The position numbers and the translations under genes were made by a program. A stretch of 64,000 nt of DNA, from the NCBI GenBank assembly GCA_963795385.1, contig CAWCHK010000003.1, positions 198,717-262,716 of the forward strand, given 5' to 3'. The stretch comes from an uncultured Actinomycetota bacterium. Its GTDB lineage: Bacteria > Actinomycetota > Actinomycetes > Actinomycetales > CAVURS01. The notes beneath the pieces are model-generated. The model did not search any database. It was not told where the DNA came from and worked only from the letters and a program-made list of their open reading frames with translations. This document shows positions 1 through 13,697 of the stretch, piece after piece (the stretch's first letter is position 1; each line of letters opens with the position of its first letter).

Positions 1-11
1 TGGCGGGGTAC

Positions 12-117
12 GACGGAGGGGAGTATCCCCACGCGGCGTCCTCGTCATCACGAGCCCTCAGGGCTCCGGGGCGCCGGCCGCGCCCGGCTCGCCGGACCGG
101 TGGGAGAGACCTCCGGC
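12..117 (+). promoter_or_regulatory. Candidate yybP-ykoY (Mn2+) riboswitch aptamer in the TerC leader
   Basis: CGGAGGGGAGUA (14-25) and GAGAGACCUCCG (104-115) match the two signature strands of the yybP-ykoY motif. CGGAGG/CCUCCG can close P1. It sits directly upstream of a TerC-family gene, the classic context. A downstream hairpin AGCACCG (124-130)/CGGUGCU (141-147) lies next to the RBS GGAGGA (158-163). No covariance model was run. Confidence 0.55.
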
Positions 118-167
118 CACGTCAGCACCGTCCCTCGGGCCGGTGCTCGCCCGAGCCGGAGGACCCC

Positions 168-1142
168 ATGCACGTCACTACCTTCACCTGGGTCGCGACC
201 GTCGGCCTCGCGACCGCCTTCCTGCTGGTCGACGTCCTGGTCATCGGCCGGCGGCCGCACGAGCCGTCGATGCGCGAGTCCTCGATCGTCCTCGCGGCGT
301 ACGTCGCGGCGGCCCTGCTCTTCGGCGCCGGCGTCTGGTGGGTGTCCGGGCCGCGGTACGCAGGGGAGTACTACGCGGGATGGCTGACCGAGTACTCGCT
401 GTCGATCGACAACCTGTTCGTCTTCCTCATCATCATGGGGCGGTTCGCCGTGCCGCGGGCCCTGCAGCAGACCGCGTTGCTGGTCGGGATCATCCTCGCG
501 CTGGTCCTGCGAGGCGTCTTCATCGCGGTCGGGGCGGCGGCGATCTCGGCGTTCAGCTGGGTGTTCTACCTGTTCGGCGCGTTCCTCGTCGTGACCGCGG
601 TCAAGCTGGCCCGGCAGGGGAACAGCGACGCGGAGGACTACCACGAGAGCCGCCTGCTCCGGTGGGTCCAGCGCCGCCTCCCGGCGACCAGCGAGTGGCA
701 CGGCCCGCACCTGACCGTCCGCGAGCGCGGCCGGCGGCGCGTCACGCCGATGCTGATCGTGCTGGTCGCGCTGGGGACGACCGACCTGCTCTTCGCCCTG
801 GACTCGATCCCGGCCATCTACGGGCTCACCAAGGAGCCCTACCTGGTGCTGATGGCCAACATCTTCGCGTTGATGGGGCTACGGCAGCTGTACTTCCTGA
901 TCGGCGGGCTGCTCCAGCGGCTGGTCTACCTGACGCTGGGGCTCTCAGTGCTGCTCGGTTTCATCGGCGTCAAGCTGATCCTGCATGCGTTGCACGAGAA
1001 CACCTTGCCGTTCGTCAACGGGGGGGAGCACGTCGGCTGGGCGCCGGACATCCCGATCTGGGTGTCCCTGCTCGTGATCCTGGGGACGCTCGTCGTGACG
1101 ACCGTGGCCAGCCTGGTGCACGAGCGCCGGGCCGCTACCTGA
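168..1142 (+). CDS. TerC/Alx-family integral membrane protein
   Basis: 324-aa ORF with multiple hydrophobic helices. TerC-like segments YYAGWLTEYSLSIDNLFVF and LFALDSIPAIYGLT. ATG is preceded by GGAGGA. Confidence 0.85.
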   Translation: MHVTTFTWVATVGLATAFLLVDVLVIGRRPHEPSMRESSIVLAAYVAAALLFGAGVWWVSGPRYAGEYYAGWLTEYSLSIDNLFVFLIIMGRFAVPRALQQTALLVGIILALVLRGVFIAVGAAAISAFSWVFYLFGAFLVVTAVKLARQGNSDAEDYHESRLLRWVQRRLPATSEWHGPHLTVRERGRRRVTPMLIVLVALGTTDLLFALDSIPAIYGLTKEPYLVLMANIFALMGLRQLYFLIGGLLQRLVYLTLGLSVLLGFIGVKLILHALHENTLPFVNGGEHVGWAPDIPIWVSLLVILGTLVVTTVASLVHERRAAT

Positions 1143-1839
1143 CGGCGACCAGGGTCGTCGTCGCCATCCACGGCGCGCTCCACCAGCCGTCGAAGCCGGC
1201 GTTCCTGACGACCACATCGCGGGCTCCGAGCTCGACGAGTACGTCGCGGTACTCCTTGACGGCGCGGATGTCGGCGATGAGCAGCCGGCCTCCCGGCTTG
1301 AGCACCCGGTACGCGTCCGTGACCGCCGCCCTGCGGTCGGCCGGGTCCTTGAGGTTGTGGATCGAGACGCTGGCGGTCACCAGGTCGATGCTCCCGTCCG
1401 CGAACGGCAGGGTGCGCATGTCCGCGGTGTGCAAGGTCACCCGGCCGGCGACGCCGTTGGCCTCGAGGTTCGCCCGGGTGTGCTCCTCGGCGTTGCCGGA
1501 CTGGTCCTGGGAGCGCCACAGGTCGATGCCGTCGACCCGGCCCCGGGGGAGGTGCTCGGCCAGGATCACCGTGACCGCACCACGGCCGCAGCCCACGTCG
1601 ACGGCGTGCTCGTCACCGGACAGGTTCGCGGCCGCGACGAGCCGCTGCCAGATGGCGAACTTGCCGGACAGGCTGGTCCGCAGGTAGATCCCGGCCAGTA
1701 CGGCGAAGAAGGCGGCCGCGACCAGCCAGGCCACGCGGCTGCCGGCGAAGCTCAGGGCGATGGACACGGCAGCACCGGCGGCGAAGCCGATCGGTACGTA
1801 CGGTGCATCGATCCCGTAGCTGCCCCTTGGTCGGCTCAT
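1135..1839 (-). CDS. Class I SAM-dependent methyltransferase with two N-terminal transmembrane helices
   Basis: VDVGCGRGAV (SAM motif I) and LKPGGRLLIADI. The N-terminus IGFAAGAAVSIALSF...WLVAAAFFAVLAGIYL is hydrophobic. Start taken at MSRPRGSYG (ATG 1839), because the longer ORF to 1974 is Arg/Pro-rich. Confidence 0.75.
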   Translation of the reverse strand: MSRPRGSYGIDAPYVPIGFAAGAAVSIALSFAGSRVAWLVAAAFFAVLAGIYLRTSLSGKFAIWQRLVAAANLSGDEHAVDVGCGRGAVTVILAEHLPRGRVDGIDLWRSQDQSGNAEEHTRANLEANGVAGRVTLHTADMRTLPFADGSIDLVTASVSIHNLKDPADRRAAVTDAYRVLKPGGRLLIADIRAVKEYRDVLVELGARDVVVRNAGFDGWWSAPWMATTTLVAVR

Positions 1840-2010
1840 GCCGGGGAGCCTAGGGCCAGGCCTCGTGACTGGTTCCGGCGGCGCCCCGGGACGCCGCGGC
1901 AAGATCGGCGGCGGCTCTGCGCAAATCCCGGCGCAACGGCGCAACGACGCGTCAGGCCGGACGCAGAGTTGCACCGTTGCGAAGGCCCAGCAGGTGGGAG
2001 CGCCTGGACC

Positions 2011-2691
2011 TCACCAGCCGCGGGCGCGCCACTCGGCCAGCTGCGGGCGTTCGACGCCCAGCGTCGTGTCGTTGCCGTGGCCGGGGTAGACCCAGGTCTC
2101 GTCCGGCAGGACGTCGAACACCCGGTGCTCGACGTCGTCGATGAGGGTCCGGAACCGCTGGTCGTCGCCCTGGGTATTGCCGACCCCGCCGGGGAAGAGC
2201 GAGTCGCCGGAGAAGAGGTGCGGGGTACCGGAGGGGTCGCGATAGACCAGCGCGACCGACCCGGGTGTGTGACCGCGCAGCTGGATCACCGAGAGGATGA
2301 TCTCGCCGACCTGGACCGAATCTCCTTGCGAGAGTGAGCGATCCGGGATCACCGGGAGAGCGGCCGCATCCTCGGCCCCGGCCGCCGAGTCGGCGCCCGT
2401 GGCCGCGATGACGTCGGGGAGCGCGCGGTGGTGGTCCCAGTGCTGGTGCGTGGTGACCACCAGGTCCAGCCGGCCGTCGGGGGAGCCCTCGTGCACCAGC
2501 TCGAGCAGCCGGGTGGGGTCGTCGGCGGCGTCGATCAGCAGCTGGGCGCCGGTCGAGCGGCAGGTCAGCAGGTAGCAGTTGTTGTCCATCCCGCTGACGC
2601 TGGTCTTGCGGATCACGACCTGGTCGAGCTCGCGGACGTCGGTGGGACCGCCCGGCCGCACCGCGCCGGTGTACGGCGTCCGGTCCGGCAC
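2011..2691 (-). CDS. MBL-fold metallo-hydrolase (glyoxalase II-like)
   Basis: THQHWDHH metal motif, plus GDSLFPGGVGNT and PGHG. GTG start at 2691 chosen just after the upstream gene's stop (2697-2699). Confidence 0.8.
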   Translation of the reverse strand: MPDRTPYTGAVRPGGPTDVRELDQVVIRKTSVSGMDNNCYLLTCRSTGAQLLIDAADDPTRLLELVHEGSPDGRLDLVVTTHQHWDHHRALPDVIAATGADSAAGAEDAAALPVIPDRSLSQGDSVQVGEIILSVIQLRGHTPGSVALVYRDPSGTPHLFSGDSLFPGGVGNTQGDDQRFRTLIDDVEHRVFDVLPDETWVYPGHGNDTTLGVERPQLAEWRARGW

Positions 2692-2696
2692 GGCGA

Positions 2697-3455
2697 TCAG
2701 CCCCAGGTCCCGAGCGCGGGGAGCTGGCCGGTGCTGCTGGTCAGGCCCGTGCCGGGGGACCGGCCGGTGACCCATCCGAGCAGGTCGGCCGGGCTGCCGC
2801 TCACCGTCACGGCGGCTTCGTCAGGGCCGTCTCCGCTGTCCCCGCCGGCTCCGCCGCCGTACCGCCAGGACCCGGCCACCCCGGCGTCCAGCCGCACCGC
2901 TGGGCCGTCGACGAACCGTCGGGCTGAGCGGCCCAGCTCCGTGACCAGCCAGGCCTCGGGCGCGTCCGCGAGGGTGTAGCCGGCGTCCAGGTCGACGTGG
3001 TGCATGATCACTTCGCGCAGCCGCATCTCCGGGGTCTTCCGGGCCCGGATGTGGGTCTGCTCGGCCGGCACGTCGACGACCCGCAGCCTCGGCACCCGGA
3101 CCTCCATCGCCTCGGGCGGCGTCTCGGCGAACGTCCCCAGCAGCCGGTCGGCCGAGGTCTCGACGTCGGCCTCGAGCTCGGCCGCCGTACGGTCCGCCCC
3201 GGCGTCGATGTCGGCGTTCCGGGCGGCCTGCGACTCGTAGAAGGCGCCGTCGCCGCCCTGGGCCGCGGCCAGGAGAACATTTCGGAGCCCGTCGGCGTTA
3301 CGCGCCACGTGGGTCAGCACGTGGGCCCGCGTCCAACCCGGGCAGAGGGACGGGCGGCGGACGTCGGCGTCGGAGAGGGCGTGGATGGTCTCCATGAGGA
3401 GGTCGGTCTCGTGGGGGATGAGGTCGAGGTCCGGGTCGTCGCTGAAACCGGTCAT
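2697..3455 (-). CDS. Maleylpyruvate isomerase-family, mycothiol-dependent (DinB superfamily) protein
   Basis: N-terminus LMETIHALSDADVRRPSLCPGWTRAHVLTHVARNADG is typical of the mycothiol-dependent MDMPI N-terminal domain. Start at MTGFSDD (ATG 3455). Confidence 0.7.
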   Translation of the reverse strand: MTGFSDDPDLDLIPHETDLLMETIHALSDADVRRPSLCPGWTRAHVLTHVARNADGLRNVLLAAAQGGDGAFYESQAARNADIDAGADRTAAELEADVETSADRLLGTFAETPPEAMEVRVPRLRVVDVPAEQTHIRARKTPEMRLREVIMHHVDLDAGYTLADAPEAWLVTELGRSARRFVDGPAVRLDAGVAGSWRYGGGAGGDSGDGPDEAAVTVSGSPADLLGWVTGRSPGTGLTSSTGQLPALGTWG

Positions 3456-3492
3456 GGACCGAAACGTACCGGCGTGAGGCTGGCGGCGGCGA

Positions 3493-3515
3493 GTGTCGGC
3501 GTCGGCACCTAGCAT
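3493..3515 (+). promoter_or_regulatory. RecA-independent DNA-damage promoter motif (RecA-NDp / PafBC type) upstream of uvrA
   Basis: TGTCGGCG (3494-3501), an 8-nt spacer, then TAGCAT (3510-3515). This fits the actinobacterial consensus tTGTCRgtg-N8-TAnnnT with one mismatch. It lies in the divergent intergenic region about 110 nt upstream of the uvrA GTG. Confidence 0.5.
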
Positions 3516-3624
3516 GGCGATCGTGCCCGTGAAGACCCCTCGACCGCCCGCCCGGAAGACCTCGGCGACATCGTCGCAGACCTCGCGAAAGGCGACAGGA
3601 CGGACCGTGCAGGAGACGACAGAC

Positions 3625-6675
<3,051 letters not shown>

Positions 6676-6680
6676 AAGCG

Positions 6681-6697
6681 AGCCGCTACCAGCGGCT
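6681..6697 (+). terminator. Possible uvrA terminator hairpin
   Basis: AGCCGCT-ACC-AGCGGCT, a perfect 7-bp stem, 6 nt after the uvrA stop. No U-tract. Confidence 0.3.
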
Positions 6698-6835
6698 GCG
6701 CACCGGGACAGGCGCACAGCGGGCTGACAGGCAATTGCCAGCACATCGGCAGGCGGCACGCGCCGTCCTGGCTTGAACACCTCCCCCGAGGCCTGCGAAC
6801 GTCGGTGGTTCCCTTCATCGGAGGTCGAAGAAGCC

Positions 6836-7309
6836 GTGAGCACCGAAACCGAGCCGGATCCCCGGCTGGACCGGCGCGCCGTCCTTCGTGGCGCCTGCGC
6901 CGTCTGTGTCGGGGTGGCGGGAGTCGGCGTCCTGGCGGCCTGCGGGGGCGGCGGCTCCGCCACCGGCGATACCGGTGACGGGTCCGGCGACGGCAGCTCC
7001 GGTGCCGGTGGCGCGGCCGGTGGTGGCAAGACCTACAAGGCGGCCGACATCCCGGTCGGAGGCGGGAAGGTCTTCGCCGGCGACAAGGTCGTGGTGACTC
7101 AGCCCAAGGCCGGCGAGTTCAAGGCCTTCTCGGCGGTCTGCACCCACCAGCAGTTCCTCGTCGGCAACGTCCAGGGCGGGACGATCAACTGCTTCCATCA
7201 CGGCAGCAAGTACGACCAGGCGACCGGCAAGAACGTCGCCGGCCCCGCGCCGTCACCCCTCCCCGCCAAGACCGTGACGGTCAGCGGTGACACCCTCACC
7301 GTCACCTGA
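6836..7309 (+). CDS. Exported (Tat signal plus lipobox) Rieske [2Fe-2S] protein
   Basis: RRAVLRG twin-arginine motif and lipobox LAAC-GG, followed by a Gly/Ser-rich linker. Rieske ligands CTHQQF...CFHHGS. GTG 6836 is preceded by GGAGG. Confidence 0.8.
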   Translation: MSTETEPDPRLDRRAVLRGACAVCVGVAGVGVLAACGGGGSATGDTGDGSGDGSSGAGGAAGGGKTYKAADIPVGGGKVFAGDKVVVTQPKAGEFKAFSAVCTHQQFLVGNVQGGTINCFHHGSKYDQATGKNVAGPAPSPLPAKTVTVSGDTLTVT

Positions 7310-7331
7310 CCCAGGCGTCGGACCCGGCGCC

Positions 7332-7337
7332 TAGGCT
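7332..7337 (+). promoter_or_regulatory. Possible -10 element of a leaderless uvrC transcript
   Basis: TAGGCT (TANNNT) lies 6 nt upstream of the GTG at 7344. This is typical actinobacterial leaderless geometry. There is no SD sequence. Confidence 0.3.
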
Positions 7338-7343
7338 GGGAAC

Positions 7344-9409
7344 GTGCCCGATCCCGCGACGTACCGACCTCGTCCGGGGGAGATCCCGGTCGAGCCCGGC
7401 GTCTACCGGTTCCGCGACCCGCGCGGCCGGGTCGTGTACGTCGGCAAGGCGAAGAGCCTCCGCCCCCGGCTGTCGTCCTACTTCCAGGACATCGCGGCCC
7501 TGCACCCGCGCACCCAGCAGATGGTCACGACCGCCGGCAGCGTCGAGTGGACCGTGGTCGGCGAACGAGGTCGAGGCGCTCCAGCTCGAGTACACCTGGA
7601 TCAAGGAGTTCGACCCGCGCTTCAACGTCAAGTACCGCGACGACAAGTCCTACCCCTACCTGGCCGTGACGATGGGCGAGGACTACCCGCGGGTCCAGGT
7701 GATGCGCGGTGCCAAGCGCAAGGGCACGCGCTACTTCGGGCCCTACTCCCACGCCTGGGCCATCCGCGAGACGGTCGACCAGCTGCTGCGGGTCTTCCCG
7801 GTCCGCACGTGCAGCGCCGGCGTCTTCCGGCGCTCCGGCCAGGTCGGCCGTCCCTGCCTGCTCGGCTACATCGGCAAGTGCTCGGCGCCGTGCGTCGGAC
7901 CGGGTCAGCGAGGAGGAGCACCGCGCGATCGCCGAGGACTTCTGCGACTTCATGGCCGGCAAGACCGACCGCTTCGTCCGCAGGCTCGAGCGGGAGATGC
8001 GCGGTGCCGCGGCCGAGCTCGACTTCGAGCGCGCGGCCCGGCTGCGGGACGACATCGGCGCGCTCGAGCGCGCGATGGAGAAGAACGCCGTCGTCCTCGG
8101 CGACGGCACCGACGCCGACGTGTTCGCCCTGGCCGAGGACGAGCTCGAGGCTGCGGTCCAGGTCTTCCACGTGCGCGGCGGCCGGGTCCGCGGCCAGCGC
8201 GGCTGGGTGGTGGAGAAGGTCGAGGACCTCACCACGCCAGGGCTGGTCGAGCACCTGCTCCAGCAGGTCTACGGCGGCGAGTCCGGCGACGCCGTCCCGC
8301 GCGAGGTGCTGGTGCCCGAGCTGCCGGACGACGCCGCCGACATCTCCGCGCTGGCTCGGCGTGCTGCGGGGTCGCCGCGTCGACCTGCGGGTCCCGCAGC
8401 GGGGCGACAAGCGCGCACTGATGGAGACGGTGGGCCGCAACGCCGGGCAGGCGCTCGCCCGGCACAAGCTGCAGCCGGGCCGGCGACCTGACCGTCCGCA
8501 GCCAGGCGCTGCAGGAGCTGCAGGACGCCCTCGACCTGACCGAGGCGCCGCTGCGGATCGAGTGCTACGACGTGTCGCAACCTGCAGGGCACCGAGATCG
8601 TGGCGTCGATGGTCGTCTTCGAGGACGGCCTGCCGCGCAAGGCGAGTACCGCCGGTTCGCCATCAAGGGCGTCGACGGCAGCGACGACACCGCGGCGATG
8701 CACGAGGTGATACCCGCCGGTTCCGCCGCTACCTCGAGGAGCGCTCCGACCTGTCCGAGCCCGAGCTCGGCGACGACGGCGAGGACCGCGACGAGCGGGA
8801 GAGCCGCGCGACCCCGGCGCCGGCGGCCGTCCGGCTACGGCGGGTTGGATCCCGACACCGGCCGGCCGCGCAAGTTCGCCTACCCGCCCCAGCTGGTGGT
8901 GGTCGACGGCGGGCCGCCGCAGGTCGCGGCGGCGGCCGGGCGCTGGCCGAGCTCGGCATCGACGACGTGGCCCTGTGTCGGCCTGGCCAAGCGGCTCGAG
9001 GAGGTCTGGCTGCCGGGGACCGAGCACCCGGTGATCCTGCCGCGGACCAGCGAGGGCCTCTACCTGCTGCAGCGCGTCCGCGACGAGGCGCACCGCTTCG
9101 CCATCACCTTCCACCGCCAGCGCCGGTCCAAGACCATGACGGCCAGCGCCCTCGACTGGGTGCCGGGGCTCGGCGAGACCCGGCGTAAGGCGTTGCTGCG
9201 GCACTTCGGCTCGCTGAAGCGGGTCCGGGCCGCGAGCGCCGCGGAGATCGCCGAGGTGCCCGGCATCGGGCGGCCACCGCGGAGGCCGTCGTCGCGGCGC
9301 TCGCCGCGCCGACCCAGCGACTCCTGCCGTGAACATGGCCACCGGTGAGATCCTCGACCCGGACGACGCCGAGATCCGCAGCCGGCAGCAGGCAGGGAGA
9401 CATCGTGAC
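7344..9409 (+). pseudogene. uvrC: Excinuclease ABC subunit C, readable only across at least 8 frame changes as assembled
   Basis: GIY-YIG N-terminus ([29 protein letters not shown]) is in the ORF 7344 frame. It continues [11 protein letters not shown]...GKCSAPCVG in the 7666 frame, then [14 protein letters not shown]...[14 protein letters not shown] in the 7709 frame. [20 protein letters not shown] is back in the 7344 frame. [14 protein letters not shown]...[13 protein letters not shown]...AEIAEVPGIG is in the 8572 frame. Confidence 0.85.
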
Positions 9410-10384
9410 CGACGACCCGACCGGGCCACCGCTGGCAGCCCCACCAGTGCAGACGGCCCGGAGGGTGCTGAACGGTCCGCCGGCGGCGAGCCGGCCCCGC
9501 AGCACGCGACCGAGGTCCTGATCCTGACCGGCATGTCCGGAGCCGGCCGCTCGCACGGCGGCGAACGCGCTGGAGGACCTGGGCTGGTACGTCGTCGACA
9601 ACCTCCCGCCCCAGATGCTCAGCCCGATGGCCGACCTGGCCGAGCGCTCCCGCGGCGGAGTGACCCGCCTGGCGGTCGATCGTCGACGTCCGCAGCCGGA
9701 CCTTCTTCGCCGACCTGCGCGAGGGCCTGACCGACCTGCGCGAGCGGGGCCTCGCCCCGCGCCTGGTCTTCCTGGACGCCGCGGACGAGGTGCTGGTCCG
9801 CCGGTTCGAGTCGGTCCGCCGGCCGCACCCGTTGCAGGGCGAGGGCCGGATCCTGGACGGCATCGACGCCGAGCGCGACCTGCTCTCCGCGCTCAAGGCC
9901 GAGGCCGACATCGTCATCGACACGTCCGGGCTCAACGTCCACGAGCTCTCGGCCAAGGTCGCCCAGGCGTTCGTTCACCGAGCGCGGTCTGCGAGCCACG
10001 GCTGCGCGCCACCGTCATGTCCTTCGGCTACAAGTACGGCATGCCGGTGGACGCCGACATCGTCGATCGACATGCCGCTTCCTGCCCAACCCGCACTGGG
10101 TGCCGGAGCTGCGCGCCGCTGACCGGACTGGACGACGAGGTGCGCGACTACGTCCTGTCCCGGCCGGGCGCGGCGGAGTTCCTCGACCGCCTAGGTCCCG
10201 ACTGCTCGAGCCGGTCCTCGAGGGGTACGCAGCGCGAGGGCAAGACGCTACGTGACAATCGCGGTCGGCTGCACCGGCGGCAAGCACCGCAGCGTCGCGG
10301 TCGGCCGAGGAGCTGGCCACCCGGCTGCGCGACGACTGGGCGTCGAGGTCGCGCATGGTGCACCGCGACCTGGGGCGGGAGTGA
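9406..10384 (+). pseudogene. rapZ: RNase adapter / nucleotide-binding protein RapZ, multiple frame changes as assembled
   Basis: EVLILTGMSGAGRS (Walker A) is in the ORF 9329 frame. LVRRFESVRRPHPLQGEGRILDGIDAERDLL is in the 9790 frame. MSFGYKYGMPVDADIV, GGKHRSVAV and MVHRDLGRE-stop are in other frames. The GTGA junction with the inferred uvrC stop is preceded by GGGAGA. Confidence 0.85.
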
Positions 10385-10400
10385 GCGCCGGGCCGCGGCC

Positions 10401-11350
10401 GTGACCCGGCCGAAGGTCGTCGCGCTCGGCGGCGGTCACGGTCTGTCCGCGTCGCCTGTCGGCGCTGCGGCTGCTGACCGACCAGGCTCACCGCCGTGGT
10501 GACGGTCGCCGACGACGGCGGGTCCAGCGGGCGGCTGCGCGACGAGCTCGGCGTGCTGCCGCCCGGCGACCTGCGGATGGCGCTGGCCGCGCTGTGCGAC
10601 GACGACGAGTGGGGCCGCACCTGGCGCGACCTGCTGCAGCACCGCTTCGCGCAGCGCCGGCGAGCTGCACAACCACGCGGTCGGCAACCTGCTGATCGTG
10701 GCCCTCTGGGAGCTGCTCGGTGACACGGTCACCGGCCTGGACTGGGTGGGCCGGCTGCTCGGCGCCCGCGGCCGGGTGCTGCCGATGTCCGCCGTTCCGC
10801 TGGACATCGAGGCCGACGGTCGTCGGTCTCGACCCGGCCGACCGCTCGGCGGCGACAACGGTCCGCGGGCAGGTCGCGGTCGCGACCACGGCCGGCCGGG
10901 TCGTGGCGATCCGGCTCCGCCCCGACCAGCCGCCCGCCTGCCCGGAGGCCGTCGCGGCGATCGAGGCCGCCGACTGGGTGGTGCTCGGCCCGGGCTCGTG
11001 GTTCACCAGCGTGCTGCCGCACCTGCTGGTGCCCGATCTTGCGCGAGGCGCTGCGCACGACGGCGGCGAAGCGGATCGTGGCGCTGAACCTCGTCGCCGC
11101 AGCACGGCGAGACCGACGGGCTTCTCGCCGGAGAACCATCTCGAGGTGCTGGCGATGCACGCGCCCGCTGCTCGACGATCGACGTCGTGCTCGCCGACCG
11201 CGCGGCCGTCGGACGGGCCGGCCAGCCTGCGCGACGTCGGCCGGCTCGCTCGGCGCCTCGCTGGTCCTGGCCGACCTCGCCGGCCCCGACGACCGCTCCC
11301 GGCACGACCCGCTGCGGCTGGCCGCGGCGTACCGCGACGTCATGGAGTGA
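10401..11350 (+). pseudogene. YvcK/CuvA-family gluconeogenesis/cell-shape factor (CofD-like), multiple frame changes as assembled
   Basis: VTRPKVVALGGGHGLSAS, then [26 protein letters not shown] (10496 frame). Further pieces are [31 protein letters not shown] (10698 frame), WVVLGPGSWFTSVLPHLLVPDL (10720 frame) and LRLAAAYRDVME-stop (11039 frame). Confidence 0.85.
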
Positions 11351-11424
11351 GTCCGGCCCTCGGCTCGTCCCGCCCGTCGGGACGAGTCCGCGACCGGCGA
11401 ACACTCGCGAGATTCGGTGGCAGG

Positions 11425-12417
11425 ATGGCCCCCATGGCGTTGACGGCCCTGGTGAAGGACGAGCTCAGTCGGCTGACCATCATCAAGCCGTGCTGACCGC
11501 AAGGCCGAGGTGTCGGCGATGCTGCGCTTCGCCGGTGGCCTGCACATCGTGGGCGGGCGGATCGTCGTCGAGGCCGAGCTGGACACCGGCGCCGCCGCTC
11601 GCCGGCTGCGCCAGGACATCGCCGAGGTCTACGGCCAGTCCAGCGATCTGGTCGTCCTGTCGTCCGGCGGCCTGCGCCGGGCACCCGCTACGTCGTGCGC
11701 GTGATCAAGGACGGCGAGGCCCTGGCTCGCCAGACCGGGCTGATCGACGGGCGCGGCCGCCCGGTGCGAGGCCTTCCGCCGCAGGTGGTGTCGGGCGCTG
11801 TCTGCGACGCCGAGGCCGCCTGGCGTGGCGCCTTCCTGGCCCACGGCTCGCTCACCGAGCCCGGCCGCTCGTCCGCCCTGGAGATCACCTGCCCCGGGCC
11901 CGAGGCGGCGCTCGCCCTCGTCGGCGCCGCGCGCCGGCTCGGTATCCCGGCCAAGGCCCGCGAGGTCCGCGGTGTCGACCGCGTGGTCATCCGGGACGGC
12001 GACGCGATCAGCGCCATGCTGACCCGGCTCGGCGCGCACGACGCGGTGCTGGCATGGGAGGAGCGGCGGATGCGCCGCGAGGTGCGCGCGACGGCGAACC
12101 GGCTGGCCAACTTCGACGACGCCAACCTGCGCCGCTCGGCGCGGGCGGCCGTGGCGGCAGGCGCCCGGGTCGAACGCGCACTGGAGATCCTCGGCGACGA
12201 CGTGCCGGACCATCTGCGCGACGGCCGGGCGAGCTGCGGCTCGAGCACAAGCAGGCCAGTCCTCGAGGAGCTGGGCCAGCTGGCCGAGCCCGCGATGACC
12301 AAGGACGCCGTCGCCGGCCGGATCCGGCGCCTGCTGGCGATGGCGGACAAGCGGGCCCAGGACATCGGCATCCCCTCGACCGAGGCCAACCTGACCCCGG
12401 ACATGCTCGACGCCTGA
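11425..12417 (+). pseudogene. whiA: Sporulation/cell-division regulator WhiA, at least 4 indels as assembled
   Basis: [20 protein letters not shown] runs into a stop at 11494. The gene continues as [25 protein letters not shown] (11510 frame), then [14 protein letters not shown]...LAGLIDADG-like region...[18 protein letters not shown] (11695 frame). Confidence 0.88.
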
Positions 12418-12535
12418 CGCCGCGGACCGGGGCCCCAGGCCGCTCGGCGGGCGGCCTGCCGTAGCGTGGGTGCCCGCTCTCACATGCCGGACAGCGTGGT
12501 CCGGGCATTCCGGCGTACCAGCCGGTATCCCCTAG

Positions 12536-13636
<1,101 letters not shown>

Positions 13637-13697
13637 CTTCGGCGGCCGGCCGCTGAGCGACTCGGCACCGACGCAGACGATGCAGGCGAAGAAGACC

